A DNA stretch of 64,000 nucleotides from Thecamonas trahens ATCC 50062 (lineage: Eukaryota; Protista; Apusomonadida): assembly GCF_000142905.1 (NCBI RefSeq), contig NW_013657638.1, positions 54,593 through 118,592 of the forward strand. Direction: 5' to 3'. The translations under genes and the position numbers were made by a program. This document shows positions 63,265 through 64,000 of this stretch, piece after piece. The notes beneath the pieces are model-generated. The model saw only the letters and a list, made by a program, of their open reading frames with translations. It made no database searches and had not been told where the DNA came from. Numbering within the stretch: position 1 is the stretch's first letter; the number at the start of each line of letters is the position of its first letter.

Positions 63265-64000
63265 CTACTTGCGGCACTGGTCCTGCTGGCGAGCGCGCCG
63301 GCGGGCAGCAAGCGCCTTGCGCTGAGCCGCACGCCTCTTCGCCGCGCTCTGGGCGCGGAGACGGTTGCGGTTGGCTCTCAGCTTCTTCGCACGCTCGATC
63401 TGGCGACGACGCCGGGCATCCGTGAGCTTCTTGTTCGCCTCGATCTTCTTCAGGAGGGCGCTCTTACGAGCCGCACTGTCAGCCTTTGTCACCGTGCAGT
63501 AGCAGTACGTGACAGGCGTCGTGTCGCCCCAATGGAGCGGGTTGTACAGGAACTGGCCCTTGTTGTCGCGGATCGCCATGCGGTACCCGGTGAACGTCCG
63601 CCACACCGTCATGCGGTGGCCGCTCGGGCACTCGGCCGTCGACGACGACAGCGCCTGGGCGAGAGCCGCCGACGCCCGGTTCGCGATGGCGCGTGCGTAG
63701 CTGGCCCGCTGGGAATAGCCGCGCCGCTCGTAGATTGTGGCGTAGCGGGCAACTGATGACTTGATGAGGAGATGCAGGTTGTTGTTGAGGTCGTTCTGCG
63801 GGCGGTTGTTCTGATCAACGGCACCGTTGACCGGGCACACAACAAGGGTGCGGGGCCGGACCCGCATCGGCTTGACTGACGCGTACGTCGTCTTTGCTGC
63901 GTTCGGCGAGTACACCGTCACTCCACGCGGCCGCAGCACGCCGCTGCCCTGCATCAGGCCGCGCACGTAGCAGACTCGGCGAGTGCAGCGCCCCGTCAGA
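63265..64000 (-). CDS. 3' part of a hypothetical Cys-containing, highly basic protein entering from beyond the window end
   Basis: Frame open to the window edge, host-like codon usage, Lys/Arg/Ala-rich coiled tail. Confidence 0.6.
   Translation of the reverse strand, partial: LTGRCTRRVCYVRGLMQGSGVLRPRGVTVYSPNAAKTTYASVKPMRVRPRTLVVCPVNGAVDQNNRPQNDLNNNLHLLIKSSVARYATIYERRGYSQRASYARAIANRASAALAQALSSSTAECPSGHRMTVWRTFTGYRMAIRDNKGQFLYNPLHWGDTTPVTYCYCTVTKADSAARKSALLKKIEANKKLTDARRRRQIERAKKLRANRNRLRAQSAAKRRAAQRKALAARRRARQQDQCRK

Overview
Compact, GC-rich eukaryotic nuclear DNA from a draft assembly, with four N-gaps (13981-14425, 24472-24746, 44700-44799, 50012-50236). It holds about 30 genes, few short GT-AG introns and tiny intergenic spacers. 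Gene content and style suggest a free-living protist; the apusomonad Thecamonas trahens or a relative is my inference, not shown. Recognisable housekeeping genes: HMCES/SRAP, MTR4, a DnaJA chaperone, HSF, Treslin, TMCO3, a mitochondrial carrier, BMS1, RNASEH2A, PRPF4, CPQ, TDH and ECHS1. The most interesting items are: (1) a USP14/Ubp6-type UBL + F-box + WD40 fusion; (2) a ~2220-aa surface protein with 21 FG-GAP/Ca-binding repeats (likely three propellers), a beta-helix, a Cys-rich stalk and a multi-TM domain; (3) two divergent 7TM ion-channel superfamily candidates (PHTF-like and gustatory-receptor-like) about 8 kb apart; (4) a metallo-beta-lactamase with an inserted UBA-like domain; (5) a SMYD protein with substituted catalytic residues and a His/Cys tail; (6) an MPG-fold glycosylase-like protein; (7) a 33-bp minisatellite tied to a 385-bp duplication of a gene 3' end. 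At least 7 genes show single-base frameshifts, most likely sequencing errors. No rRNA, tRNA, CRISPR array or transposon is evident. All family calls come from motif recognition by eye; no searches were run.
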